A stretch of 64,000 nucleotides of DNA, from NCBI GenBank assembly GCA_001780725.1, contig MFIM01000005.1, positions 2,127 to 66,126 of the forward strand. The letters run 5' to 3'. The notes beneath the pieces were generated by a model. That model was given only the letters and a program-made list of their open reading frames with translations. It was not told the origin of the DNA and searched no databases. Below, one piece after another: positions 28,887 through 38,560 of this stretch (its first letter is position 1; the number at the start of each line of letters is the position of its first letter). This DNA comes from Candidatus Giovannonibacteria bacterium RIFCSPLOWO2_02_FULL_45_28 (lineage in GTDB: Bacteria > Patescibacteriota > Minisyncoccia > UBA11713 > 2-01-FULL-45-33). A program made the translations under genes and the position numbers.

Positions 28887-29300
28887 ATGATTACGGGCGT
28901 ATTGAAATTGGTGAACGAGGATACAAGAAGAACCATCAACGAATTCAACTCAACCGAAGGAGATTTCTCGGTTCAACAACTGGACATAAAAGTCTCCGAA
29001 CTACCATTAGGAAGGCACGCCCACGCATTAAAAACAGAAACATGGGTTATTGAAAAAGGCGAAGGGTCTGCTCTTGTTGCGAAAGTTGACAAAAACGGCA
29101 AACTCGTTGAAAAACCGCGAAAGATTGACCTCCTGGACGGATCAATTTTACATCTTTCTCAATTTGAGGGACACACGCTTTATTTTATACCCGGCAGCCA
29201 AGCGATACACTTTTCTTCAAAACCATTTGACTACAAAAAACCTGACTTTGTGCCATGTCCGGAACTTGTCAAAGAAAACTTCCCCGAGTTATTTGAGTAA
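28887..29300 (+). CDS. Cupin-fold protein (WxcM/FdtA-like)
   Basis: EDxRR, GRHAH...E and H motifs. Confidence 0.6.
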   Translation: MITGVLKLVNEDTRRTINEFNSTEGDFSVQQLDIKVSELPLGRHAHALKTETWVIEKGEGSALVAKVDKNGKLVEKPRKIDLLDGSILHLSQFEGHTLYFIPGSQAIHFSSKPFDYKKPDFVPCPELVKENFPELFE

Positions 29301-29312
29301 GATCGTTAATTT

Positions 29313-29338
29313 AAAAAGCCCCCCTAGGGGCTTTTTTT
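29313..29338. terminator. Bidirectional intrinsic terminator
   Basis: AAAAAGCCCC-CCTA-GGGGCTTTTT between convergent genes. Confidence 0.8.
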
Positions 29339-30341
29339 ATTTTTTCTCGGGATTCGCCAAATACCAATCGTAGGTGCGCTTTAAACCGTCTTCCAGAGAA
29401 ACTTCCGGCTTCCAACCTGTAAAAGCTTGGAGTTTTGATACATCCGCCAAGCGGCGTTTTACGCTCCCAGGCGGAGCGGTTTTAATATCCAGCGCTTTCG
29501 GCTTCCATCCGGTAACTTCAAATAATTTTTCCGCGAGTCCCTTCATTGTTATTTCGTGAAAATCTCCGATGTGGACAGTCTCAATAGGCTGGCCGTCGGT
29601 TTTTGGTGAATCCATCAGCATCTGCATCGCCCGCACGGCGTCGGAGACATAGCAGAAAGTCCTGGTCTCGTCCGCGCCGAAAATAGGAAACGGGTCAACT
29701 CTGGCCGCGATTCTTTCTGAAAAATCTGGTATGACATGGCCGTGGTATCCCGCGCGCGGACCGTAAAAATTATGAGGCCTCACTAAAAGTGCCCGGAAGT
29801 TGTATGCTTTGGCGTAATGGATCACAAATAATTCCCCTACCAGCTTGGTAGAAGCATACGACCAACGCGCGTTGTAAGGATCGTCAATAACAAATGGTAC
29901 TTTTTCCGGCGTGGGAATCGGGAGCTGCCCGAAAGCAAAGAGGGCGCTGGCATATGTCTCATTGGACGAAGTAAAACAAAACTTGCCGTTGGCGTTATTC
30001 TTGCGGAACCACTCTAGCATATAGATAAGCGAGAGCGCGTTGATGCGCAAAACCTCCTGTGGCATTTCGTAAAAAAGCTTTGTGCCATTTATTGCAGCGA
30101 GATGATAAACATTGTCGTATCCATTGCCAAGCTTTTCGTAAGAAGCGAGGTCGGTAAGGTCAAGATTCAGAAATGTTACCCGTTTATCTTCTAAAAGCTT
30201 TTTAAAATCATCGTCTATTCTCCCGCGCTGAAGGTTGTCAACCAAAACCAGCTCAACCCCATCTCCGTATTCTTTTAAGAGATGCTTGGCCAAATGATAA
30301 CCAATAAAACCGGCGCCACCAGTTATTAAAATCTTTTTCAT
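29337..30341 (-). CDS. NAD-dependent epimerase/dehydratase
   Basis: TGGAGFIG, YASTK and RPHNFYGP motifs. Start MKKIL at the ATGA overlap. Confidence 0.88.
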   Translation of the reverse strand: MKKILITGGAGFIGYHLAKHLLKEYGDGVELVLVDNLQRGRIDDDFKKLLEDKRVTFLNLDLTDLASYEKLGNGYDNVYHLAAINGTKLFYEMPQEVLRINALSLIYMLEWFRKNNANGKFCFTSSNETYASALFAFGQLPIPTPEKVPFVIDDPYNARWSYASTKLVGELFVIHYAKAYNFRALLVRPHNFYGPRAGYHGHVIPDFSERIAARVDPFPIFGADETRTFCYVSDAVRAMQMLMDSPKTDGQPIETVHIGDFHEITMKGLAEKLFEVTGWKPKALDIKTAPPGSVKRRLADVSKLQAFTGWKPEVSLEDGLKRTYDWYLANPEKK

Positions 30342-31969
30342 TGCTTGAGAAGCCATATCCAAAGGCTTTTAGGGTCTTCTATCTCGTGCTTGATAAATTT
30401 AAAACCGGCGGTTTCGGCAAGCTGTTTCGCCTCCGCGGGAGTCAAAGAAACGCCGTATGCCCAGTGCCATTTGTAAAGGCCTCTTCCCGTGCGTAAATGC
30501 AATTTTGCAACGCCACTCGGCTTCATGGTACGATAAATTTCTTTAAATTTTTCAGCCAGAATTTCATGCGTTGGAATATGCTGGAGAGTCTGATAAGAAA
30601 AAACAAAATTAAAATGATTGTCCGGACAAGGCACAGTTTTACCGTCAGAAACTTTGAGGTTTATATTTTTTGTTTCCGCAAGCCTTTTTCTGGCACTCTC
30701 CACCATAACATCGGAGATATCTACAGCAGCGACTTTTGTAAAATGCCGCGGGAAAAACTCTGTCATTCTCCCAAGCCCGCAGCCAATCTCCAAAACGCTC
30801 GCGCCAGCGCCTTTCGCCAAAACCGGGGACAACAAAAGATCTTCGGATACGTATTTTTGGTAATCGGCAAGTCCGGTTTCTTTAAGCTCAAACTCATTTA
30901 CATCCCGCCCGCTCGGTGTTTTTGTGTTCGCGTAGTACCGCGCGTTTTTACGCGCGAGCCCATTCCAAATTTCGCGCACCTCTTCCAAAGATCTGTCGGG
31001 AATGATTTTTGATACGGCGCGCGTCAAAAACCTGAACCTTTTGCGCGCGGCCTGAACCGAGGATAGAGAGTTTAATTTATTCCATAAAAAAGCCCCCGTT
31101 CGCATTCCGCCGAGCGCCTGCCGCTCTTCCTCCCAAGATGAAAACCATTCCGGCAAAGAGCCATAAGCCGGAGCTTTTGTTTTGTGAAAGTCGTTGCTCG
31201 CGTAAACAGCCCGCAAAATCCCAGCGTTGCAGCCGTCGACCGCATGCGCGGTGTAAAACGCAAGTAAATCCTTCGGCAAACAATGCCCGCCAAATGCTTT
31301 GCCGTACTTCAAATAATTTTTTTTCTCAAAAACAAAATTTAAAATTTCTTCGTTGTTCACCAAATCCCCCAATTCGTTTATAAATGCGATCCTTGCCGCG
31401 TTCCAAATATTGGAAAGGTATTTAATGTACGATGCTTCTTCCGGGGTGCCAGTAAAAATTTTTCTCGCGCGAAGACGCCACACATCAATAAAACCGGGCT
31501 CCCGCAATGCCGGGTTTTTCTTTCCCAAAACAAAATAAAACGGATTTAAACATTCTTCAACGGCGTGGATCTCATGCAAAAATTCCGGCACGTAAAAATC
31601 AAACCTTAGCGCGCCCAAACGCTGCGGCACAACGGTTGATCGCAAAATCACTTTGCCTTTTGCGGTTTTTAAGGATTCAAGCGCTTTTTTGATAAGAGAA
31701 ATATCCTGCGATCCGTCGGCGCCGACCCGATCGCCCACGGCAACGATATACCAAGTTTCCGGCCCGTCACATTCCAAAATATCGCCGAGCGGTTTTATTT
31801 TCTGATAAATTTCAGAATATTTATCGGCGTACCTCAAAACCGGCGGCGCGATGTCATAATAAAAAACCGCGTACCCTATATGGGTAAGCGCCAAGGCGTT
31901 TGCCTGGCCAACCCAGCCGTAACCGACTACAACAATTTTTTCTTTATCCGCAACCGCCGCCAAAGCCAT
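30338..31969 (-). CDS. Fusion of a truncated UDP-glucose dehydrogenase (NAD-binding and central domains) and a class I methyltransferase
   Basis: GYGWVG, RSTV, PEFL, KYLSN and FGGHCLPKD, followed by LEIGCGLGRM and LQH. Confidence 0.78.
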   Translation of the reverse strand: MALAAVADKEKIVVVGYGWVGQANALALTHIGYAVFYYDIAPPVLRYADKYSEIYQKIKPLGDILECDGPETWYIVAVGDRVGADGSQDISLIKKALESLKTAKGKVILRSTVVPQRLGALRFDFYVPEFLHEIHAVEECLNPFYFVLGKKNPALREPGFIDVWRLRARKIFTGTPEEASYIKYLSNIWNAARIAFINELGDLVNNEEILNFVFEKKNYLKYGKAFGGHCLPKDLLAFYTAHAVDGCNAGILRAVYASNDFHKTKAPAYGSLPEWFSSWEEERQALGGMRTGAFLWNKLNSLSSVQAARKRFRFLTRAVSKIIPDRSLEEVREIWNGLARKNARYYANTKTPSGRDVNEFELKETGLADYQKYVSEDLLLSPVLAKGAGASVLEIGCGLGRMTEFFPRHFTKVAAVDISDVMVESARKRLAETKNINLKVSDGKTVPCPDNHFNFVFSYQTLQHIPTHEILAEKFKEIYRTMKPSGVAKLHLRTGRGLYKWHWAYGVSLTPAEAKQLAETAGFKFIKHEIEDPKSLWIWLLKQ

Positions 31970-31990
31970 ATACTTTTAAACTCCGGTACA

Positions 31991-32785
31991 TCAATGGCGG
32001 TTGCAATAGATATTCGTAAAATAAGACGGCGCGAGCTTCTGCATCTCCGATTCGGTTGGATTAAACGGCAAAATCTCGCCGCCGCGATCCGCGGAAATTT
32101 CAAAACCGAGCGCGCGCAAATTATTTAAATAGTTTAACGGTTCAACTCCCGCTTTTCTTAACCAAGCCGGCGCAAATTCGCTGACCAAAATAATGTTGCC
32201 GCTTTTCAATATAACATTTTTCATGCCCGCAAGCGCCGCCGGCTCACCACCCTCAATATCCATCTTAATAAAATCCACGCGCTGGATTTTTGCATCAACA
32301 AAAAACGAATCCAAATCCACCGCTTCTACTGTAACCTTTTTTTGGTCCAGCACAACACCGGCTATGGTGCTATGATTGCCGCTTCTTCCGCCGCTCAAAT
32401 AAAAATCAACGGAGCCGCGGCGATCCGAAACCGCCAACTGATATGTTTTAACGTTTTTTAAGTGCTCGGTATTGCTTTTCAGCATTTTAAAATTTGCTTC
32501 GTCCGGCTCAAACGCGTACACCGCCCCCGCGCGGCCGACCAATTTTGATAAAACTCTTGCAAAATAACCGATGTGCGCTCCGATATCAACAACGGTCATT
32601 CCGGGTTTTACATTTTTTTTAAAAAAATCTACTGTTTCCGGCTCATAACGCCAAAGGAGCATCTGCCATTTCCATCGCCAATTATAATATGCAGGGAAAG
32701 AAAAACGCGCTAATTTCATCATCGTGTCTGTCAAAAAATTTATAGCGGGCTTCAAAATTGTTTTAAACCGTTTTGTCATGCACAT
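31991..32785 (-). CDS. FkbM family methyltransferase
   Basis: DIGAHIG, AFEP and IKMDIEGGE motifs. Confidence 0.9.
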   Translation of the reverse strand: MCMTKRFKTILKPAINFLTDTMMKLARFSFPAYYNWRWKWQMLLWRYEPETVDFFKKNVKPGMTVVDIGAHIGYFARVLSKLVGRAGAVYAFEPDEANFKMLKSNTEHLKNVKTYQLAVSDRRGSVDFYLSGGRSGNHSTIAGVVLDQKKVTVEAVDLDSFFVDAKIQRVDFIKMDIEGGEPAALAGMKNVILKSGNIILVSEFAPAWLRKAGVEPLNYLNNLRALGFEISADRGGEILPFNPTESEMQKLAPSYFTNIYCNRH

Positions 32786-33635
32786 CTATCTTCTCTCCAA
32801 TAAAATATATTGCCGATGCGATTGAGCTTGCCAATTTCAGCCTCCCAAGCACCCAATCCAGCAAATTGATAGGGATGGACACTGCCATAAAAAAAAGCGC
32901 CCAAAACTGATAAAGGCTTTTTATATTAAATGAAAAAAGCGTGGCCAGCCACTCTCCTAAAATCGCCGTCACTGCAGAAGTCGGCCCAACCAAAACGCCG
33001 GCCTCCTTCTCTTTGAAACCGGAAAGAAGCTCTCGCAATCCTGAAGTTGTCCAACGATAATAATCGTCCGGCGAAGAGTGAAATCCGAAAATAAACGGCG
33101 TTACGATGTAAACCAGCCCTCCGGGTTTTAAAACGCGCCTAAAACCGGCTATTATTTTTTCCGGCCAAACAACATGCTCCAGCAAAGACTCGGCGATAAC
33201 AGCGTCCACAGATCCGTCCTTGAAAGGCAAATTATAGGCGTCTGCCACAACGGAAACGCCGGGGAAAGGATAATAATCAACATTAATTACATTTTGGCCG
33301 ATGAATTGAACACCGGAACCTACGTTTAAAACCAATGCGTCAGAGTGTAAATCGCGAATAAACTCTTTGGCGGTTTTGCCGATAATCGGCGCCCTCAAAG
33401 CCAGTAAAAATAAAAATAGTTTGGGGTGTTTTTTTAAACACCCCTTAACCTTGAAAATTAAAGAGTCTTTATTTCCCAAATTCCGAAAACTATTCTCTCT
33501 ATCCTTGATAAAAAATATGGCGCCGTTTTTTATTTCATGCGTTATTCCGCATTTTTTGCATACAACAAAAGATGGCCGATTCTCCAAATCTCCTTTGCAA
33601 CCCGGACAAAAGAGCGATTCCATAAAATTGCGCAT
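32763..33635 (-). CDS. Methyltransferase with N-terminal CxxC...CxxC zinc ribbon
   Basis: CPGC..CKKC, LNVGSG, LLEHV and HSSPDDYYRWT motifs. Start at the TAATG overlap. Confidence 0.8.
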   Translation of the reverse strand: MRNFMESLFCPGCKGDLENRPSFVVCKKCGITHEIKNGAIFFIKDRENSFRNLGNKDSLIFKVKGCLKKHPKLFLFLLALRAPIIGKTAKEFIRDLHSDALVLNVGSGVQFIGQNVINVDYYPFPGVSVVADAYNLPFKDGSVDAVIAESLLEHVVWPEKIIAGFRRVLKPGGLVYIVTPFIFGFHSSPDDYYRWTTSGLRELLSGFKEKEAGVLVGPTSAVTAILGEWLATLFSFNIKSLYQFWALFFMAVSIPINLLDWVLGRLKLASSIASAIYFIGEKIDVHDKTV

Positions 33636-35389
33636 TAAATTTGATATAAGAAAATTCCGTTGTAAGAAACAATCTCTTTTAAATTCTTTATAAAAGACAA
33701 ATCCCACTCCGGATTTTTATTTTTGTCCCAAATAATGTAATTTACTCCGCGCTGATTAAGAATATTTATTACGCCGCTACCGGTCATTTTTTTATATTCT
33801 TGATAAAGTTCATTTGTGATTTTTATTCTTTTTTGGCCAAGCTCCGCATCGTCCGCGGCAAGCCGCAGCCTGTAATCGGTGTATTCAAACCCGGACAAAT
33901 ATCCTTCCAGATATCGGTGTAAGGATTTATAATAAGATTCATCGTTTTTATTTTGCGCAAGCTCGTTGGTATATTCAACAAAATCATATCGCGCTTTTTT
34001 ATTTAAGTAGAAGTAAACCAACGCCGCCTCCGTTAGTCTCTCTGCTGGCATATTAAAACTCAATGCGGTGGTGTGCCAAAATAAATCACCGCTGGTATAG
34101 ATTGTCACCAGATAACCGACATCGTCATCCGGCGCCAAAACAACGCCGTAGGGATTATTTTTTAAATAATCAAGAATTGGCTTATAATTTTGTTCGTTTA
34201 GTTTTGATTTAAACTCAATCTGCGCGGCTCCGTATTGGCCCAAGCCAGTGTTGATAAAAACCAAACCCATGCAGGCGTAGAGCAGCGCATTTTTATATTT
34301 CCATGGCGGCACCAGAAACCAAAACATATATAAACCGATAATGATTGAGAGAGGAACTATAAAATACCAGTAATAGTGCGCGGGGTACACTATTTTACTG
34401 GTGAGAATCTGCTGATTTAACGAAATCCACCCGCCCAAGATTGTGGCCAAAATAAAAGACAGGTTAGGATTATCCCGGCGCTTTAATGCGAAAATCAAAA
34501 ACAAAATCAGCGCCGCAAAACCGATTTTGCTAAAAATTGGCGTCCGCGCATGAACAAAATACAAAAAATACGCAGTTTGCCTGCCCATATCCGAGTTGTA
34601 GTAAAAACTGATCAATTTTGACAAATTATACGCACCTACGGCCAAACCTATACCGAGCACGGCAGATATTTTTTTAAGCCGGACAAAATCGGACCTTAGC
34701 AAATATATTGCGAATAAACCGGCGCTTAAAGCCAGCGCAAAAGACCATGCGTACAAGTAAACATAAAACAAAGAACCCAAAGCTGCGCCGGCAAAAATAA
34801 TATACTTTAATTTATCCGACTTTAAACTTTTATATAGCAAATTCAAAAATATAAAAAAGGCTATTGAACTAAGGTAAGGAAACACCGCTCTCGTATATGC
34901 ATTAACCTCCGGATAGCCTATGGTTTTGTAATACACCATCGTATAGCCGCCGACCGCGAACAGCGCGGCGGTCACAGATAGTAATTTATCGGCTGACAGC
35001 TGCAAAACGAAAATATAAATCAAAACAATCAATAAAAACATGCCGACAAAATTATATGCATTATATAATGTCACAACGTTGATATTTGAAAACCCCAACA
35101 AGCGCACCGGCGCCAAAACGATGTACTCAATGTAAGAAAAATGCGGCTCTTGCCCGTCTTTTCCTTCCCGTAAAACTATATTGCCAAGCCCATGCCCTTC
35201 CAAAATTTCTTTTCCGCGTGTAAGATAATAATGCTGATCCGTGCCAATCTGTGTGATATTAATGCCCTTATAAGCATTGCTGGCTAAAAACGGAAACGAC
35301 AATGACGGCAAAAAGATTAGCAAAGTAAGCGCGAATCCCGCAATAAAAATTAATTTATGCTCAACAAGAAAAAAATAACTCTGTTTCAT
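33635..35389 (-). CDS. Large polytopic membrane protein, putative GT-C-fold glycosyltransferase
   Basis: Roughly 12 hydrophobic segments, an acidic residue in the first loop (TDQHYY) and a soluble C-terminal domain. Paralog of 36387-38150. Confidence 0.55.
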   Translation of the reverse strand: MKQSYFFLVEHKLIFIAGFALTLLIFLPSLSFPFLASNAYKGINITQIGTDQHYYLTRGKEILEGHGLGNIVLREGKDGQEPHFSYIEYIVLAPVRLLGFSNINVVTLYNAYNFVGMFLLIVLIYIFVLQLSADKLLSVTAALFAVGGYTMVYYKTIGYPEVNAYTRAVFPYLSSIAFFIFLNLLYKSLKSDKLKYIIFAGAALGSLFYVYLYAWSFALALSAGLFAIYLLRSDFVRLKKISAVLGIGLAVGAYNLSKLISFYYNSDMGRQTAYFLYFVHARTPIFSKIGFAALILFLIFALKRRDNPNLSFILATILGGWISLNQQILTSKIVYPAHYYWYFIVPLSIIIGLYMFWFLVPPWKYKNALLYACMGLVFINTGLGQYGAAQIEFKSKLNEQNYKPILDYLKNNPYGVVLAPDDDVGYLVTIYTSGDLFWHTTALSFNMPAERLTEAALVYFYLNKKARYDFVEYTNELAQNKNDESYYKSLHRYLEGYLSGFEYTDYRLRLAADDAELGQKRIKITNELYQEYKKMTGSGVINILNQRGVNYIIWDKNKNPEWDLSFIKNLKEIVSYNGIFLYQI

Positions 35390-35397
35390 ACAATCTT

Positions 35398-36399
35398 ATG
35401 ATAACACGGTCCGAAACGTTAAGCTATCTTTTGGACGAAGCAAAAAAAATGCCGGGAATATACCGGCCTTCTCCGTTCTGGGACAGCATCAACGAAATTC
35501 ACCGCAAGCAGATTGCCGACATTGGGATTGAGAATTTTAAACGCTCCGTCAATTTCAAATACTTTAACTGGCGCACGCTGGGAATTATGCGGCATCAAAC
35601 AGCCCCGATATTAAAACAGCTGTTTAAGGGAAATTTTAATCCCCTGTTAAAAAGCGAATTCGTAAACCCCAAGCTGGCCGGAATAAAAAATATATACAGA
35701 GTATACGTAGCCTCGCTGTTTGAACTCGTAAAAAAAGACGATCATTTAAAACTATTTGAGAAAATAGAGGAACCGGCCTTGGGAAATCCGCTTCTTATCA
35801 GATACGGCAACGGCCTTCGCACCCAAGATTTGTGTAATTCAATCCATGAATTTTATAGCGTATTTGATTACGCCGACTTCGGCAAAAAGATTAATGCCGC
35901 CGAGATCGGAGCCGGCTATGGGAGAACGGCGTATGTTTTCTTAAAAGCAATGCCGGAGTCGTCATATTGCATAATTGACATTCCGCCAGCGCTCTATGTT
36001 TCGCAACAATATCTTTCAAAAGTTTTTGCCGGAGAAAAAATATTCACGTACAGGCCGTTTGACTCTTTTGAGACAATAGAAAAAGAATTCATGGCCGCGC
36101 GCATCAAATTCTTAATGCCCAACCAAATAGAACTTCTGCCTGCGAGGATTTTTGATCTTATAATTACCGTGAGTTCGCTTCATGAGATGACGCGCGAACA
36201 AATATCAAATTTTATAAAACAAATTGGCAGATTATCCTGCGGATATTTTTATACCAAACAATGGCGAAAATCGCGCGTAAAAGACAATAACTACATTCTC
36301 GAAAGCGAATACCCCATACCGGAAACGTGGAATGAGGTATATAAGCGCAATCGGCACCCAATACAAAAAATGTTCTTTGATGCGCTTTACAGCCTGTAA
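35398..36399 (+). CDS. Putative sugar O-methyltransferase
   Basis: PSPFW, ENFKR, EIGAGYGR, IIDIP and SLHEM motifs. Confidence 0.75.
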   Translation: MITRSETLSYLLDEAKKMPGIYRPSPFWDSINEIHRKQIADIGIENFKRSVNFKYFNWRTLGIMRHQTAPILKQLFKGNFNPLLKSEFVNPKLAGIKNIYRVYVASLFELVKKDDHLKLFEKIEEPALGNPLLIRYGNGLRTQDLCNSIHEFYSVFDYADFGKKINAAEIGAGYGRTAYVFLKAMPESSYCIIDIPPALYVSQQYLSKVFAGEKIFTYRPFDSFETIEKEFMAARIKFLMPNQIELLPARIFDLIITVSSLHEMTREQISNFIKQIGRLSCGYFYTKQWRKSRVKDNNYILESEYPIPETWNEVYKRNRHPIQKMFFDALYSL

Positions 36400-38150
36400 A
36401 GATGCAAGCCGTTATTATTTATCACCTCTTTCAGGTCGCGCAGGGCGGACAAATCCCACTCCGGATTTTGGTTTTCATCCCAAACGACATGGTTAACATT
36501 ATATTTCTTAAGCAGCGGCATTATGCCGTACCCTTCTTTCAATATCTTCTCGTACTCCGAAGCCAGACTAGCTATCAGCGCCTCTCTTTGGCGCAGAATC
36601 TCCGGATCATTATGGCCATGCTTATACATGTAAGTATAAAAATCAAAACCGGATGAGGCGCCCTCCAAAAGAAGATAGACATTCTCGGGATTTGGAAAAC
36701 GATTTAGATCAGCCATTGCGTTTTTAATATACGAAGAGAAATTATCCCTGCCATTTTTGTCCAAAAACATATACACATACAGGGCGTCTTTGTATCGTTG
36801 CGGGAGCGTATTATATGCGCGGGCAGCCGTGCTATTCCAAAATACGTCATGATCGGTATAGGCGGTGTATAAATAAGAATTTTCATCGTCGTCAGCCGCC
36901 AAAACAACTCCCGGCAATTGGTCGTTATTTAACCTGTCTAAAACAATCCCATATTTTTGTTCTGCTAATTTTCCCGGCGCCGACATTAAAGAAACTTTGT
37001 ACGGCCCAACAAACGCATTAGCGTGTATCAACGGTATCAAAAAAATGAACAGCCACTTTCTCTGCCAACCGGCGCCCATTAAAGACCAAACCAAATAAAG
37101 GCCCAAAATTATGAATACGGGAGTCAAAAAGTAAGCATAAAAATGAGGCGGATAAATAATTATCCCAGTAAACATCTGATGGTTTAGCGTGACCCAGCCG
37201 GCCAAAATTAACCCTAGAAATATTTCCAGATTCTTGTCGTTGCGTCTCAAAAAATACAGTACCGCAAATAAAATCAGCGACGCAAAGCCTATTTTACTAA
37301 AAATCGGCGCGTGGCTGTTGACGTTCCATATAAAATGAGACAGCCGCTTTCCTTCTTCCGAAGCGGCAAAAAACGCCATGTTAAATAAATTATAAGAGCC
37401 GATGAGCGCGCCCACGCAGGAAATCATCAATATCTTTTTGGCGTTAACGAAATTCTTTTTAAAAAGATATATCAGCAAAAGACACGCGTTTAAAGCCATG
37501 GCGGACGACCAAGCAAAAAAATAAATGTAAAACAAAAATCCAAAAGCGGTTCCTGCCAGCCAAGTAAAACGCTTTTTGCCCGACGAGTACAACGCCTTCA
37601 GAAGTAAATTGAGATATAGAAAGAAAAACAGCGAGCCGAGGTAAGGAGAAAAAGCCCTGCCATAAATTACAGACTCCGGAGCAAATAACCCTTTGCGGAA
37701 AACAATGGAGGAGCCCCCGATAACAAACATGGAAGCGGCGACCGACAACAGCTTCTCGCCAGACAGCTGTAAAACAAAAAAGTAAATTAATAAACTTAAT
37801 ATGAAAATTCCGACAAAATTGTGTACAGCATAAATAGCAACAATATCGGATTTTCCGGACAAACCCAACCATCTCAAGGGTTTTAACAAGATATATTCTA
37901 TATACGAAAATTGCATCTCTTGGCCTTCTTTGCCCTCTCTCAAAACAGCATTGCCCAAAGAATGTCCCTCCAATATTTCGTGGCCGCGCGTTAGATAAAA
38001 TTTTTCATCGCGGCCAAAATCGGCGCTATTTATGCCGCGGTAAGCGTCACCTGCCAAAAAAGGAAACAAAAGTAACGGCGCCAAAACTATGAGCGCCATT
38101 AAAAACCCGTTGATAATAATCCATTTGTGCGATTTAACGGAATCAAACAT
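36387..38150 (-). CDS. Large polytopic membrane protein, putative GT-C-fold glycosyltransferase
   Basis: Shares YLTRG.EILEGH.LGN.VLREGK.GQE, PIFSKIGFA and WD.N.NPEWDLS with 33635-35389. Confidence 0.55.
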   Translation of the reverse strand: MFDSVKSHKWIIINGFLMALIVLAPLLLFPFLAGDAYRGINSADFGRDEKFYLTRGHEILEGHSLGNAVLREGKEGQEMQFSYIEYILLKPLRWLGLSGKSDIVAIYAVHNFVGIFILSLLIYFFVLQLSGEKLLSVAASMFVIGGSSIVFRKGLFAPESVIYGRAFSPYLGSLFFFLYLNLLLKALYSSGKKRFTWLAGTAFGFLFYIYFFAWSSAMALNACLLLIYLFKKNFVNAKKILMISCVGALIGSYNLFNMAFFAASEEGKRLSHFIWNVNSHAPIFSKIGFASLILFAVLYFLRRNDKNLEIFLGLILAGWVTLNHQMFTGIIIYPPHFYAYFLTPVFIILGLYLVWSLMGAGWQRKWLFIFLIPLIHANAFVGPYKVSLMSAPGKLAEQKYGIVLDRLNNDQLPGVVLAADDDENSYLYTAYTDHDVFWNSTAARAYNTLPQRYKDALYVYMFLDKNGRDNFSSYIKNAMADLNRFPNPENVYLLLEGASSGFDFYTYMYKHGHNDPEILRQREALIASLASEYEKILKEGYGIMPLLKKYNVNHVVWDENQNPEWDLSALRDLKEVINNNGLHLYRL

Positions 38151-38152
38151 CT

Positions 38153-38542
38153 TTATTTTATTTCTACGCGCCACTCGTCTTCCTTGGTTGGTTTACGCAA
38201 CTCGTCGACTGTATTGAATTTGTGATCAATATAAAAAATTAAAATCGTTGGCTCCAACGATTTATATCCATGCCACACACCCGGCGGTATAACAAGGGTT
38301 TTGCGGGTGTATTCGGATACAATAAATTTTTCCTCTGGCCGGCCGTCTTCATATAAAAGCCGAACCAAAATACTTCCCTTTGCAACAGCAAAATAGTCGG
38401 TTTGGGATTTGTGCATATGAAGCCCGCAAATCACGCCTGCGTTCATGTGCGCAAAGTTAAAATCTCCCGGCAAGCCCGGCACGATGTCGTAAAAACCGCG
38501 CCTTCTTGCGTCCTCGTTGAACCGATGATCATGCCATTGCAT
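38153..38542 (-). CDS. RmlC-like dTDP-sugar epimerase (cupin)
   Basis: GLHMH...QTD and IPPGVWHG motifs, next to rmlB and rmlD. Confidence 0.7.
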   Translation of the reverse strand: MQWHDHRFNEDARRRGFYDIVPGLPGDFNFAHMNAGVICGLHMHKSQTDYFAVAKGSILVRLLYEDGRPEEKFIVSEYTRKTLVIPPGVWHGYKSLEPTILIFYIDHKFNTVDELRKPTKEDEWRVEIK

Positions 38543-38560
38543 AAATATACTATATACTCA

